Shown here piece after piece: positions 50,270 through 63,080 of a DNA stretch of 64,000 nt. The notes under the pieces were generated by a model, which was not told where the DNA came from, did not search any database, and was given only the letters and a program-made list of their open reading frames with translations. How positions within the stretch are numbered: position 1 is the stretch's first letter; each line of letters begins with the position of its first letter. The stretch is from Eledone cirrhosa (Eukaryota): NCBI GenBank assembly GCA_964016885.1, contig OZ024743.1, positions 193,564,001 through 193,628,000 on the forward strand. The letters run 5' to 3'. The position numbers and the translations under genes were made by a program.

Positions 50270-50410
50270 GTTAATCACAGGGTTAAACCTCCAGTTACTG
50301 CTGGTACTCATTTTCAGCTGAGAATACTGAAGCAATATGAAATGAAGTGTTTTGCTCAAGAACACAATATACACCAGGAATTGCACCCACAACATTATGA
50401 TTGTCAGTCC
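50270..50410 (-). mobile_element. Decayed CORE-type SINE
   Basis: CTCATTTTCAGCTGAG..TACTGAAGCAATATGAAATGAAGTGTTTTGCTCAAG. Confidence 0.65.
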
Positions 50411-50675
50411 AACACCTGTACACCTTTATATATACAACAATAATATTGTAAAATAAAATATTCCTCTATATTTAAAGTAATAATGTTCTGTATAAAATAT
50501 ACCTTGATATCTACAACAATAAAGTTGTATATATATATATATATGTATATATGCATATACACACACACACACACATATATAAATATAAATATGCATACAC
50601 ACACACACATATATATATATATATGCTTATACATACATATGCAAATATATTTGTATATATATATCTATATACTCT

Positions 50676-50717
<42 letters not shown>

Positions 50718-50719
50718 CT

Positions 50720-50751
<32 letters not shown>

Positions 50752-50764
50752 CTCACACACACAC

Positions 50765-50816
<52 letters not shown>

Positions 50817-51074
50817 AGGTAAATTATCAAGACTCAAAAGAGCAGCAGCTCTTGTTGTGAAGAAATGTTTGTTAAAGCAACCATGTGAAACATTTTCAGA
50901 TTAATAGTGAACACGTGCAGACATGAAAACAGAGGAAGACAATGGAAATTTCACTCAACTTGATGGGGTTTTAGCAAATTACAATGAATAGATTGTGAAA
51001 CAAATATATAGAAACTGATATATGGTAAGGTATTGTTTATAGCGTGGTATTAGTAGTAGTAGTATAGAACTGTT

Positions 51075-51290
51075 GGGGGAGAGAAGAGAAAAGGAGAGAA
51101 AGAGAGAGAGAGAGAGAAGGGAAGATATTATATATAGAAAGAGAGAGAGGGAGATAGAGAGGTGAGAGAGGAGAGAGTGGAGTGAGCAAAGGAGAGAGAT
51201 GAGAGAGCAAAAGAGAGAGAGTGAGAGAGAGAAGAGAGAGAAGGAGAGAGAGGGAGAGAAAGCGGGAATAGATAGAAAGAAAAAGAGCAA
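51075..51290. repeat. GA-rich low-complexity tract
   Basis: Directly visible. Confidence 0.85.
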
Positions 51291-51658
51291 AACAACTGAA
51301 AATTCCTTGCTCCCCAAAAGAATTTCTGCTTAATGGAGTGCTATAAAACAATTTATGGTCTTATTTTATTTGCAATGATATTGTATTTCAGTTTCTTTGA
51401 TAAAGCAACTTCAGCTTCAAATCATTATTAAGCAAATATCATATGTAGCCCCCACCCAATCTACCTCCTGAACTGATAAACTGATATTGATTTCCAGACT
51501 GTGGAGAAAAAAAATTCCCCAAAAGATCTTGTTTCATTGTTAAGAAAGAACAAGGAAATGCCTAAATAGTAAAAACTCTAATATGTATGTATATGTGTGT
51601 GTATATATATATATATATTCAGATACTTTATTTTTTTAAATAAATTCATTTATTATTG

Positions 51659-51697
<39 letters not shown>

Positions 51698-51740
51698 TTC
51701 ATTTCATTTTTTCATTTTATGTCCGCTTTTTCCCTGCTTG

Positions 51741-51801
<61 letters not shown>

Positions 51802-51897
51802 TTTATATACATATATAAATATAATATAATATATAACCTGGGACTCACACATACAAACATACATATACATATACATATATATATATATATATACACA

Positions 51898-51992
51898 CAA
51901 AGTGTCCAAAAAAATGTATACACACTTTGATTACCTGTGCAGGCAATATTTATTAGAATGCTGTTGAAGAGTGTATATATTTTTGGGGAGAC

Positions 51993-51998
<6 letters not shown>
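51898..51998 (-). mobile_element. M3 MITE
   Basis: Reverse complement of 50044-50142. Confidence 0.8.
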
Positions 51999-52033
<35 letters not shown>

Positions 52034-52124
52034 CTTTATTTATATCTTCACAGCACATCAATAATAAATGAATTTATAAAAAAAAGTGTAGTTATTACAT
52101 ATGAGGTGAAGTGTAAACAACTAA

Positions 52125-52345
52125 GATAATGATTTCTAATATTGGCACAATGACAACATTTTGAAGATGGTCGAAGAGAAATTCAATTAAGTCTACCCCA
52201 GTATTTGACTGGTACTATACTTCATGGACCTTGAAAAAAGTGAAAGGTAAAGTTGAACATGGTGGGATTTGAACTCAGAATGTAAAGAGCCAAGACAATT
52301 ACTGCAACAGCTTTTTTTCTGATGCTCTACAAATTCTGTCAATTT
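52125..52345 (-). mobile_element. Diverged SINE S2
   Basis: CCCCAGTATTTGACTGGTACT...GAAAGGTAAAGTTGA...GGGATTTGAACTCAGA. Confidence 0.7.
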
Positions 52346-52384
52346 ATCAGTTTTAGTATACAACTAAGATAATGGTGGGTAATG

Positions 52385-52700
52385 GGGTAAAAGGGGTAAA
52401 GACCCCTTTTGGTCATGAATGACCATAGGATTTGTACATGGAAAGTTCCCCTCCAAGGCACAAGGTTGTTTGTGGAAGACCAGCAGTCACCCATGCATAC
52501 CAGCATCCCCTCTCCAAGCCACTAATGTTGTCCAAGGGAAAGGCAATGGCCGATTCAGCTTGGTACCAATGACGTTGCAACTCATTTCTACAGCTGAGTA
52601 AACTGGAGCAACGTGAAATAAAGTGTCTTGCTCAAGGACACAACACATCACCTGGTTCGAAAATCGAACTCATAACCTTCTGATTGCAAGCCCAACTCTT
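52385..52700 (-). mobile_element. CORE-type SINE sharing the S1 head and core but with a different 3' half
   Basis: CTCATTTCTACAGCTGAGTAAACTGGAGCAA...GTCTTGCTCAAG matches the S1 core; the tail ends GGTCTTTACCCCTTTTACCCC. Confidence 0.75.
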
Positions 52701-52899
52701 GTGTAATGGGACAATAATGAAGAATGAGAAGTGAGCCATATTAAATTCAGTATTGGTCTTGTCTATTTTAAATGTGTTAGTTAAAGCAATATTCTGAAAC
52801 CATGAAATATTTCTTGTTTTGAAGAAATGATATTGAACTAAAAATTAGAATTTGGTTTTTCGCTCTAACATAGCGGATACATAAATGTATTTGTGAGTT

Positions 52900-53136
52900 T
52901 TATATCGAATAACAATAATATTCGATTTGTTTGCAAGCAAACATCCTCATTACGCTATGTATTTTAGATGACCATCACCATCCGTTTGTTCTAGCAGTGA
53001 CAGAGAGAAACAAGGTTGTTTATCTCTGTCATCATTTGAACAAAAGGATGGCGATGGTCATCTAAAAAAACAACAACATAGTGTAATGAGGCTGTTTGCT
53101 TGCAAACGAATAAAATATTATTATTATTCGATATAA
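52900..53136. repeat. About 240-bp fold-back palindrome (MITE-like)
   Basis: Arms TATATCGAATAA...TTTGCAAGCAAACA...TTTAGATGACCATC.CCATCC / GGATGGCGATGGTCATCTAAA...TGTTTGCTTGCAAA...TTATTCGATATA. Confidence 0.85.
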
Positions 53137-53457
53137 TATTCAAAGATATTTAAATCTTTCGTATTAGTAATCTTTTATTTAACCTCTGTAATTTTATTTT
53201 ACCTATCTAATAGCTATAGTTAGTTAGACCTGACTTAGCTGGCTCCAATATTCCTTCAGACAGAAAACTACAAAATAAACTACAGTCATTTGAGAAGAGC
53301 AGATAAGTCCTAGATCTAGTGAAAGCTGACCATAATTACATGGTGAATAGTTTTTGAAAGTTTCTATAATTGATTTAGATCTATAACCAAGGAAAATGAT
53401 AAGAGAAATAAATATTATAAAGATGATAACTAAAACATCTTACTACAATAGAATCAG

Positions 53458-53511
<54 letters not shown>

Positions 53512-53624
53512 CAGATATACACACACACATATATATATATATACACACAAATATATATGTCTGTTTACAAACCACAGTCTGTAGATTATTTGATCAACCA
53601 ATGTTTCTTTCCTTGAATAATATA

Positions 53625-53717
<93 letters not shown>

Positions 53718-53971
53718 AGGAAAATAAATAATTGCTACTACTAATGTTACTACTGTTCATATTTCAAATACTTTGTGGCGTCATCATCATCATTTAACAT
53801 CCATTTTCCACGCTAGCATGGGTTAGATGGGTTGTCCTGTTGTGAAACAAGCCAGGTCCTATGACCATGACTTGCTCATACAGGACAGGTTGATGATTGA
53901 AAAACTATCACATTTTATTGTTGGTACAGCTAAACTCACAGTAAACTGTTTTCTTTTCACCCAAAATAAGA

Positions 53972-54185
53972 ATTAATCCTTTAGCATTTAAACCGGTTGT
54001 ATTCAGCCAGAACTCTCATCTCTTTCTGTTCAAACTGGCTGCAACCAGCTGCTCATGCTTATGTTAAAGTATTGTTCTCAAAATAAATAATATCAAAATC
54101 TTGTAGATTCAATATTATGTGAGATATTGTGTTTACCATGAAAATACATAGTAAATATAGAGTAATGTAAATGCTAAAGGGTTAA
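53972..54185 (+). mobile_element. M1 MITE
   Basis: TTAA-TCCTTTAGCATTTA...TAAATGCTAAAGGG-TTAA. Confidence 0.82.
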
Positions 54186-55189
54186 TCCTTTTGTCACAAT
54201 ATTCTTGATGAAATTTACTGCTATGAGCATCAATTGTGTTAAGTATATATGTGTGAATGGAATGCTTAGTCACTGACCTGTGACATAACTTCAATATTAG
54301 CATAAGATGTGAAAACAAAATAGCAAATAAACTAATACAAATGACTAATTTTTGCCACACAATGTGTCATGCCAAATCTTCTTGAGAATTGCGTTAAAGG
54401 TACATATGTTTGTGGAATGCTGAGCCATTTTCATGTTAATTTCATGAGCATACTGTTCTGTTGAAGCCCCTGTAATTTAAAGAACTATTTTTTGTCACAC
54501 AATCTGTCATGAGAATTTTGTTAAAGGTACATTAACTGTGGAAAGCTCAGACACTTTCATGTTAATTTCATGAGCACACTGTTCTGTTGATTACACAACT
54601 GGAATACTAATTGTTGAAACCGACAGAAATCCATTTCATTTATTCTCCAGAAGTGCAACAAAATGATTGCAACAGCAAATTGTTGAACACCTAACTATGT
54701 AGCCAATGGTTCAAGTAGCATCCAAACTAGGCCTAAATATTGTACATCAGATTTCTCTGCTTGAGTACAGCTTCTGATGAACACATAGATGCCACTAGAT
54801 AAATCAATAGTAAAATGTCTATACTTCAAATAGCATGGCACATGCCTCATATTAATGGAATAATTCAAAGAGACATCATGGGAATATGGAATATTTGACG
54901 TAGTGAGTTTGAGGCAGACACTAACTTACACTTGAAGTATTCCAATATTGAAACTATTTAAAACATTATAAAGCATCTCAAGGCTGTCATTTTGAATAAT
55001 ACTATGACTGCTAAAACAACAAGTTGAATGCAATATTCATGATGGTGCTATTTACTCACCATAAAAACAAAAATATAAAAATGGATAAGAGAAAATTTTA
55101 CAACAGTAAAGAAATAGTGAAAGACAAATACAGTATCTATTAAATGCTTCCCATTACTTACATTTAATTATTCATTTTTTTAATATTTA

Positions 55190-55530
55190 GGTAGAGGCCA
55201 GACTGTATAGTGAAATACTTCTTTGTAGCCATGTAGTTATAAGTTTGACCCCCTCCCCCCACCTGTATATGGAAATTTGGGTGTCTTCTACTATAACTTT
55301 GGCTTGACCCAAACGTGATAAGTGTAATTTGGTAGATGGAAACTGTGCAGAAGCCAGATATATCTATATCTATCTATATATATGGTGATAGGAAGGGCAT
55401 CCAGTTGTAGAAACCAAGCAACAATCAGTTCTGTATGAGCAAGAGATGGTCACCTGACCTGCCATTTCTCACAACAGGATAACTCGTCTAACCCATGCTA
55501 GCATGGAAAACTGGACATTAAATGATGGTG
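55190..55530 (+). mobile_element. Decayed SINE S3 followed by an RTE-type 3' tail
   Basis: TGTCTTCTACTATA...GGTAGATGGAAACTG; AGGAAGGGCATCCAG...CCCATGCTAGCATGG...(GAT)n. Confidence 0.65.
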
Positions 55531-55648
55531 ATGATGATATATATACACACACACACACACATATATGTACTATACATACACTTTTTGATGAGTTGTAGTG
55601 CACCTGAGTACTGTACACAATATTTCATTATTATTATTATTATTATTA

Positions 55649-55685
<37 letters not shown>

Positions 55686-56015
55686 TATAGATATGGTGAT
55701 AGTAATGGTATCCAGCCATAGAAAATTTTCCACACGAAGTGTTGAGAGGACTCTTCAGCTAAGTCAGGGACATGACAACCTCCTTAGTGTTGGTGTGTCA
55801 CAATGATAATTATTTGGAGGTGTGTGGGATTGTAAGTAAGTGAGTAATGGGCTGCCACCCCATACAAACACTAGGTAGTGTGCAGGAATGTAAGTGAGAT
55901 GCAGGCTCCCAGCCCACTATTGGCTCAGTACCTCTGCTTTGAGTGCCAATTCAGTCTGCTGACGGCCCATCCAACTCTAGCTACCAGGAAAATTAGACAT
56001 TAAATGTTGAACATC

Positions 56016-56046
<31 letters not shown>

Positions 56047-56583
56047 TGTATGTATGTATGTATGTATGTATGTGTGTGTGTGTGCATGTATGTATGTAAA
56101 AAGTACACAGAAATAGCAAAGCAAACAACACAGCACATTGAAGAAATATATTAGTTTAATACTTGAAATAACAGGAAAGGAGTTTTAATATTTTGGACAC
56201 TAACCCTTCACCAGAAGATAGAATTAAAAATAAAAGATAAATAGAAAGATAAAGAGTGAGAAGAGGAAGGAACGGAAAAACAAAATGCGAAAAAAAAAAA
56301 AAACACACCTGCATATTCACTCAGCCATTTTGTATGTAAATATATATAAACAAGGTGGTGTTGGATGTAAATATAAAAAAACAAGATGGTGTAGGACAGA
56401 ACATAGGAGAGACACAAAATAAAAACCCAGTCACTGAGGAGGTCACAGAATGTGTGATGAAAGAGCTTTGACAATATATAAACAACCATCTGGTTATCGA
56501 ACCAACCAGAAATTTATAATAAATTGAAGTAAAAACCAGCAGGTGAGTGTGTTTTAATTGGCAGCATGATCCTCCCAAAGTAT

Positions 56584-56621
<38 letters not shown>

Positions 56622-57101
56622 ATGTGTGTGTGTGTGTGTGTTCTTGTTTGTGTTTATGAGTTTGACACAACCTGTTGATTAAAGAAAAAATAAACAACTG
56701 TTGCATCAAAAACATAGCCCCTTGTTAAAATAAAGATTGATAATACAAGGAAGACAACTCTGAGATCTAAATTAATTAAAAATTGTATAGGGCGATGTAG
56801 TAAAGAGTGAGTCTGATCAATGGTAGGTGTGGTGATAAGGTGATAACTCTCAACATGTTTCAGTCTTATTAGTGCTCTCAAAAGAAGCATAGTTTTCATA
56901 CCACTTTCCATGATCTAGGTGACAGAAATATTGATTGAAGACTAAACTATAGCATTTATCTGTAGTATCAGGAGAAGTTTCAACCCATAAGCTAGACTTT
57001 TGTAAATTGGTAAATTGCTAAATTTAAATAAAAAAAAAAAAAAAAAATTAAAAGCAATAAATTGGCAATATATCACTAACTTTATTCATCCAAATTATAA
57101 T

Positions 57102-57132
<31 letters not shown>

Positions 57133-57633
57133 GACTCAAATAATATGCTGCAGAATTGTTGCCATATTTCTAAGCTATAAAATGGTAGCGTGACACATGT
57201 AGTGCTAAAATCTACTACTGTGTATTGATCAATAATAATAAATGAGAGATATGTGGCAACGGAAGTTATTTTGTTCTTCTGCTTCAAGGAAATTTGCTAT
57301 TCTGTTTGGTGCAGCAATTGTTTTTCTCTCTCCCATAGAATTCAGGGAAGCTTAAGAACAGTAATTGTAATGTAATGTAATGTAAAACAGATTCAGTGTT
57401 CTCATTTCATGGAATACTCTAGCAGAACTTATATATATATATATACATATATATATGTGAGTCCCACATTCAATTAGAGGAAACCACAGTAAGTAAGATG
57501 TTAAATACATTAGTAGAGTGTAGACATCATGTTTAATATAGAAGTGGCTTCTATAGGAAAGCCCTGATGATTTCTTTTGAATGAAACTGTTCTAGTCCTG
57601 TAGAAACCATTTCTATATTAAACATTATATATA

Positions 57634-58028
57634 ATGGAGGGACATGGCTTAGTGGTTAGAGCATTGGCCTTGCAATCGAAAGGTTGTGAGTTCAATTCTC
57701 AGACCGGGTGATGTGTTGTTTCCTTGAGCAAGACACTTTATTTCACATTGCCCCAGTTTACTCAGCTGTAGAAATGAGATGATAGGGACTGGGGTCTCTA
57801 TCATTCCACTGCAAAAGTGGTCTTGGAGGTGCCACGGCAAAAAAGCACCCAGCCCACACGGTAAAGTGGACGTGTAGGCGCCATGGAAAAAAAAAAGCAC
57901 CCAGCACTCACTGTAAATGAGGAAGGGCATCCGGCTGTAGAAATCAAGCGAGAATCAGTTCCCGTCCCACCCTTGCAAGCAGGGAAAAGCGGACGTAAAA
58001 TGATGATGATGATGATGATGATGATGAT
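57634..58028 (+). mobile_element. SINE S1 with two copies of the 45-bp internal repeat
   Basis: S1 match with an extra CACGGTAAAGTGGACGTGTAGGCGCCATGG unit. Confidence 0.9.
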
Positions 58029-58046
58029 ATATATATAGTTAATTAC

Positions 58047-58192
58047 GCAAGAATCATTTACTTGAAATCTTTGGTAATGAAATAATTATATTGTGTTGTT
58101 TATTACGTAATTATATATATATATATATATATATATCTATCAACACAATATAATTATTTCATTACCAAAGGTTTCAAGTCAATGATTCTTGC
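58047..58192. repeat. Inverted repeat, 52-bp arms around a (TA)n-containing loop
   Basis: 58047-58098 versus the reverse complement of 58141-58192, about 2 mismatches. Confidence 0.88.
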
Positions 58193-58328
58193 AAGGAACA
58201 TCCAGTTCATTCTCCAAATTATTTTGTCTGACAAATTGTGTTGTTTATTATGTAATTAAATAGCTCTATACTTTACATAGAGCACTCTTTTTTCCTTTAC
58301 CTTTTCTACTGAAATACTTAACACATTT

Positions 58329-58382
<54 letters not shown>

Positions 58383-59496
58383 AACACTGGTGAGTTATAT
58401 CCGTAGTAGTAGAGCACTCAGTCCATGGGATGAGTAGTTTATATATATATATATATAAATATATTGTTGCATTGCCAGTGTGAAGAGTCGGGTCCATAAC
58501 TTCTATGGATGACCCTGAGCCAATCTTCTGCGAAACGCGCGTAACAATAAAAATCTAAATATATGTAAACAAAACTTAATTATTCTCATTAATATATGTT
58601 TTTATTGGCAACATGACCCTTCCAAAATATAACAATATGTTTCAACACATGATTTCACATCAAGTTTCTTATAAAACAAATACAAAAACAAAATACATAT
58701 TCATTGCTATTCTTAAATTAACTATTGTCCCTGTAGACTTTGAATATAATGGAGTTGTATGATATGGAAAAGAAGGCGTAAATCAGTAGATTAAGGGATA
58801 ACTATAGGAAATTTAAAAAAAAAGACATTTTTTAAAATAAGAAATGTGTGAGGAATGGAGATGAGTTTAGGAAAGAAAAAAATGAAAAAAGATGGCGAGA
58901 TATATAAGATAACCCTTCTGATATTGTTTATATGATACACATTTTTTATTTTAATTTTAAAGTGTTTATATTTATCTAAAAATCTTCCATCATAATTTTA
59001 TGAAAGAACTTTTATGTTTCAAGCACTTAATAATGAGTATGTTAGATATATTTTACTAAATCTGTCCATATTCTTAATTATTTAAAAGATTACTTGAAAA
59101 TCACAACTACTGCTTTTGTGTGTGTGTGTGGTGGTCGTGGTGGTGGTTGTGTGTGTGTGTGTGTGTGGGGGGGGGGGGGGCAAATGAAAACATATAAATA
59201 GGAACGTTGACACTGCCAGTAAAGAAACAAACATTATAAATACAAAAAAACATGGTACGATATAGTCCCCCTACCTCCTGATGGAGTTGTAGGGGTACCA
59301 TAGTGATACAGCGTTTCTTGGGCATTTAAAACCTGGTGGAGCCCATCCCTCTCCAGGACATACACTCATACACTGACACAAATTCAAATATATGGATACA
59401 ATCACACAGTTAATGAAACAATACCAAACTTGCTACCTTGACAATGCCAACAAACAAAAACATCAACAACAGGTAGAATAATAAACATTAATACTG

Positions 59497-59609
59497 ATTA
59501 GAGTCAACTCTAAAAGACTATATACTACATGGTAGTATACCATACAAAATATAATTAGAGCCAACTCTAAATAACTATATACTACATGGTAGTATACCAT
59601 ACAAAATAT
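59497..59609. repeat. 57-bp tandem duplication
   Basis: ATTAGAG(T/C)CAACTCTAAA..ACTATATACTACATGGTAGTATACCATACAAAATAT twice. Confidence 0.9.
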
Positions 59610-59744
59610 GATCTTCCAAAATAAGATCACTTATCTGACGAGTGACATGATGGAACAAGAAGCTATTAAGCTATTTATCGCCTCTGAAATGTAGCATAAT
59701 AGATAATAAGATAGTGTTGAAAAAGTAAAAGTTTCTTCTTCCCC

Positions 59745-59819
<75 letters not shown>

Positions 59820-59824
<5 letters not shown>

Positions 59825-59977
59825 CATCCAGCTGTAGAAAACCTGCCAGATACAGTCCTATACGAGCAAGACACGGTCACCCGATCAATCTTGCCTCAAG
59901 TGGGATAATTCCCGTCTAACCCATGCTAGCGTGGAAGATAGATGCTAAACAATGATGATGATGATGATGATGATGAT
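59820..59977 (+). mobile_element. RTE 3'UTR end fragment
   Basis: Matches 25350-25495; flanked by (TA)n. Confidence 0.85.
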
Positions 59978-59998
59978 ATATATATATATATATATATA

Positions 59999-60345
59999 TG
60001 GAGGCACATGGCTTAGTGGTTAGAGCATTGGCCTTGCAATCGAAAGGTTGTGAGTTCAATTCTCAGACCGGGTGATGTGTTGTTTCCTTGAGCAAGACAC
60101 TTTATTTCACATTGCTCCAGTTTACTCAGCTGTAGAAATGAGATGATAGGGACTGAGGTCCTTATCATTCCACTGTAAAGTGGTCGTGCAGGTGCCGCGG
60201 CAAAAAAGCACCCAGCACTCACTGTAAATGAGGTTGGTGTTAGGAAGGGCATCCAGCTGTAGAAATCAAGCCAGCATCAGTTCCCGTCCTACCCTTGCAA
60301 GCAGGGAAAAAGCGGACGTAAAATGAAATGATGATGAAATGATGA
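59999..60345 (+). mobile_element. SINE S1
   Basis: Full-length match. Confidence 0.9.
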
Positions 60346-60369
60346 TATAAGAATCCAAGCAACCTTACT

Positions 60370-60408
<39 letters not shown>

Positions 60409-60480
60409 TATACAAATGAGTTTCAAAAAAAAAAAGAGATGTCCCACACGCATGAAAGTATAGGGAAAAGAAATTGAAAA

Positions 60481-60665
60481 TGATATACACATCTTCTGAT
60501 GCGGATCCAGTAAGATCCAAAAATTGATTAAAGATGTTTATCATTTTTAAATATTTATTTTACAAGGAAATTCTTATTTTCTGGTATGTTTACATGCCTA
60601 CATATTAGATATATGTATATATTTATACACGTTGGTGCAGTCTTGGCTATACACTCTGTATTTAT
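60481..60665 (+). repeat. Dispersed repeat with degenerate hammerhead motif (copy 1)
   Basis: Homologous to 62899-63080; ACAUCUU-CUGAUGC-GGAUC...GAUCC-AAAA-AUUGAU-UA-AAGAUGU. Confidence 0.6.
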
Positions 60666-60726
60666 TCAGATATAACTATCACACACTTCAACTGCTAGTG
60701 CACTTCTCAGTAAATATACATACATA

Positions 60727-60794
60727 CAGGGTGTACCCCCAAAATGTATACACATATTTATTAGAATTCTGTTGAAGTGTGTATACATTTTTTT

Positions 60795-60836
<42 letters not shown>

Positions 60837-60840
60837 CCTG
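60727..60840. mobile_element. M3 MITE with (CA)n expansion inside the right TIR
   Basis: CAGGGTGTACCCCCAAAATGTATACAC ... GTGTATACATTTTTTTGGA(CA)n..CACCCTG. Confidence 0.75.
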
Positions 60841-60947
60841 AATATATAATAGGTGTAGAAATTTGAAAAACTGTTCAAATGAAAGCAACAACAAAAGACG
60901 AATTTTTTTTCCTCCCTTCTCTCACTAATAATAATAATAATAATAAT

Positions 60948-60999
<52 letters not shown>

Positions 61000-61884
61000 A
61001 TATATGTAACTATATTTTATAACTTCTGACTCATGTATATTTTGCTAGTCACATGTGAAATAACTTGTAGTTCTTGTTTGTTGTTATACAGCAACCTGCT
61101 GGTTCATTGAATCTTTGGACTATTTCTTAATCTGAGCTGAATGCAATGCACCGAAAGACCTTCGGCCCTACTTTATTTTACCTTTGTTTGTTGTTTTTTG
61201 AGTTTTTGTGTTTTTTTTTTTACCCTTTTCATGTTCTAGGTAATAACTAATTAACTAGGGAGAGAATATTTTTTTCTATCACTAATAGAAAACTGCTTTA
61301 CATATGTATAATATATTTCCATCAATACAAATATACATATGAGAATACACACTCCCACACGTTCCACATCCACACACTCTCTCATACATGCATATATATA
61401 TATATATATATATGCTTGAATGGATATGAATACATAACATATATTATATGTATATCTGCTAAACAGAGGTTGCCTGTTTAAAGTTACACATAAACACAGA
61501 CACATATCTATTTAAGGGTTTTACATGTATTTGTAGATTGGAACAAAAGCATACCTAGAAAGTTAATTACCTAACCCTTTCATTACCATATTCCTAATGA
61601 AACCCACTGCCAATGTGCTCCAGTAATTTTTGAAAATAACCAAACATTTGAGGGAATTTAATAAAATAACTAAGCTTTTCATTAGTAAGCTGATATTTAG
61701 AACATAAAATTGTGATGGAAGGTTAAAAAAAATGTTTGCAATTTTTGGCAAAGCTAGTTGTAAATTCGCTAGGTATGCAAATTAAGCAAATCAGCTGATC
61801 TATACTTTAGAGAATACTATATATTGTCAAGAGAAGAGAGACACACAATCTTGACAAAGAGCAATAACCCAGAAACAATATTGT

Positions 61885-62010
61885 CAGTTGTTTCTCTCTG
61901 TCACAGCTAAAACAAGAAGATGGCAATGGTCGTCGAAAACACAGCAGAATGAGGCTGTTTGCTTGTAAATGTATCAAATATTAGTATCATTTGATATAAA
62001 ACTCACTTAT
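61885..62010. repeat. Half copy of the 52900 fold-back element
   Basis: GTTGTTTCTCTCTGTCA...GATGGCAATGGTC...AATGAGGCTGTTTGCTTG...GATATAAAACTCAC. Confidence 0.7.
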
Positions 62011-62264
62011 AATGGAAGATTTTGATATAAGGATGAATATAAAACAAACACTTAGAGTTAACTCCTTCACTCCTGTTAACTTTATCCTCAACTCAGTTTC
62101 TAAATCTGTACCACATTGCTTTCACACTCAGATTATATTGTACATAAGTCTCAAGCTTTGCTGAGCTAAATTCATTATAGCTATTTTAACGAAAACTTAT
62201 TGTGGTTAAAAACATTCAAAAACTTAACTCTTTCTTCAAAAATTGAAATATATACATACATGTG

Positions 62265-62329
<65 letters not shown>

Positions 62330-62462
62330 ACATATATCATCATCATTTAACATCTGCTTCCCTCGCTAGAAAGGTTTGGATGGGTCATCACAGACAAATC
62401 AGTACTTAATCGGAGCTACTGACCTTTCAGCCAGATTTATCTTGTTTACATACATCTACCTA

Positions 62463-62522
<60 letters not shown>

Positions 62523-62600
62523 ATTAACAACATGAACGCTAATTATATGCAAATTAGTATGTCCATTCCAGAATAATACTAAGAGCAAATGAGTGTGTGA

Positions 62601-62631
<31 letters not shown>

Positions 62632-62635
<4 letters not shown>

Positions 62636-62840
62636 AAAAAGTATGACCCCGACAGCAGAGCTCAAGCCATTTCAACGGCTATTACTGGACTAAATTTAGT
62701 CCAGAAATAGCCGTCGAAACGGCTTGAGCTCTGCCGTCGGGGTCATACTTTTTCCTATTTCCCACTCTACTACCCTAAGTATTGAGTACTCTGGTGCGTT
62801 ATTGTCCATCTGGTTCCTTACCACAATTCCTTTGTTATAT
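62632..62840 (-). repeat. Family P element with 126-bp palindrome
   Basis: Palindrome 62632-62757; unique part matches 24483-24563. Confidence 0.85.
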
Positions 62841-62898
62841 ATATATATATGGGTATATATACCCATCAAATACATATTTTTTCCTTATGGTTGATTGG

Positions 62899-63080
62899 CT
62901 GATATATACGTTTTCTGATGAGGGTCCAATTAGATTGGAAAATTGGTTAAAGATGTTTATCATATTTTTCAATTTACAGGGAAATTCGCATTTTCTGTCA
63001 TGTTTACATGCTTACATATTAGATATGTGTATACATTTATATATGTTAGTGCAGTCTTGGTTACACACTCTGCATATATA
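62899..63080 (+). repeat. Dispersed repeat with degenerate hammerhead motif (copy 2)
   Basis: ACGUUUU-CUGAUGA-GGGUC...GAUUG-GAAA-AUUGGU-UA-AAGAUGU. Confidence 0.6.

Noticed and set aside
54348-54592. About 140-bp tandem duplication
   Set aside because: Looks like two decayed fragments of a dispersed repeat; no further structure seen
62700-62730. CGAAACGG in the family P palindrome as a hammerhead
   Set aside because: No upstream CUGANGA core or stem I could be found
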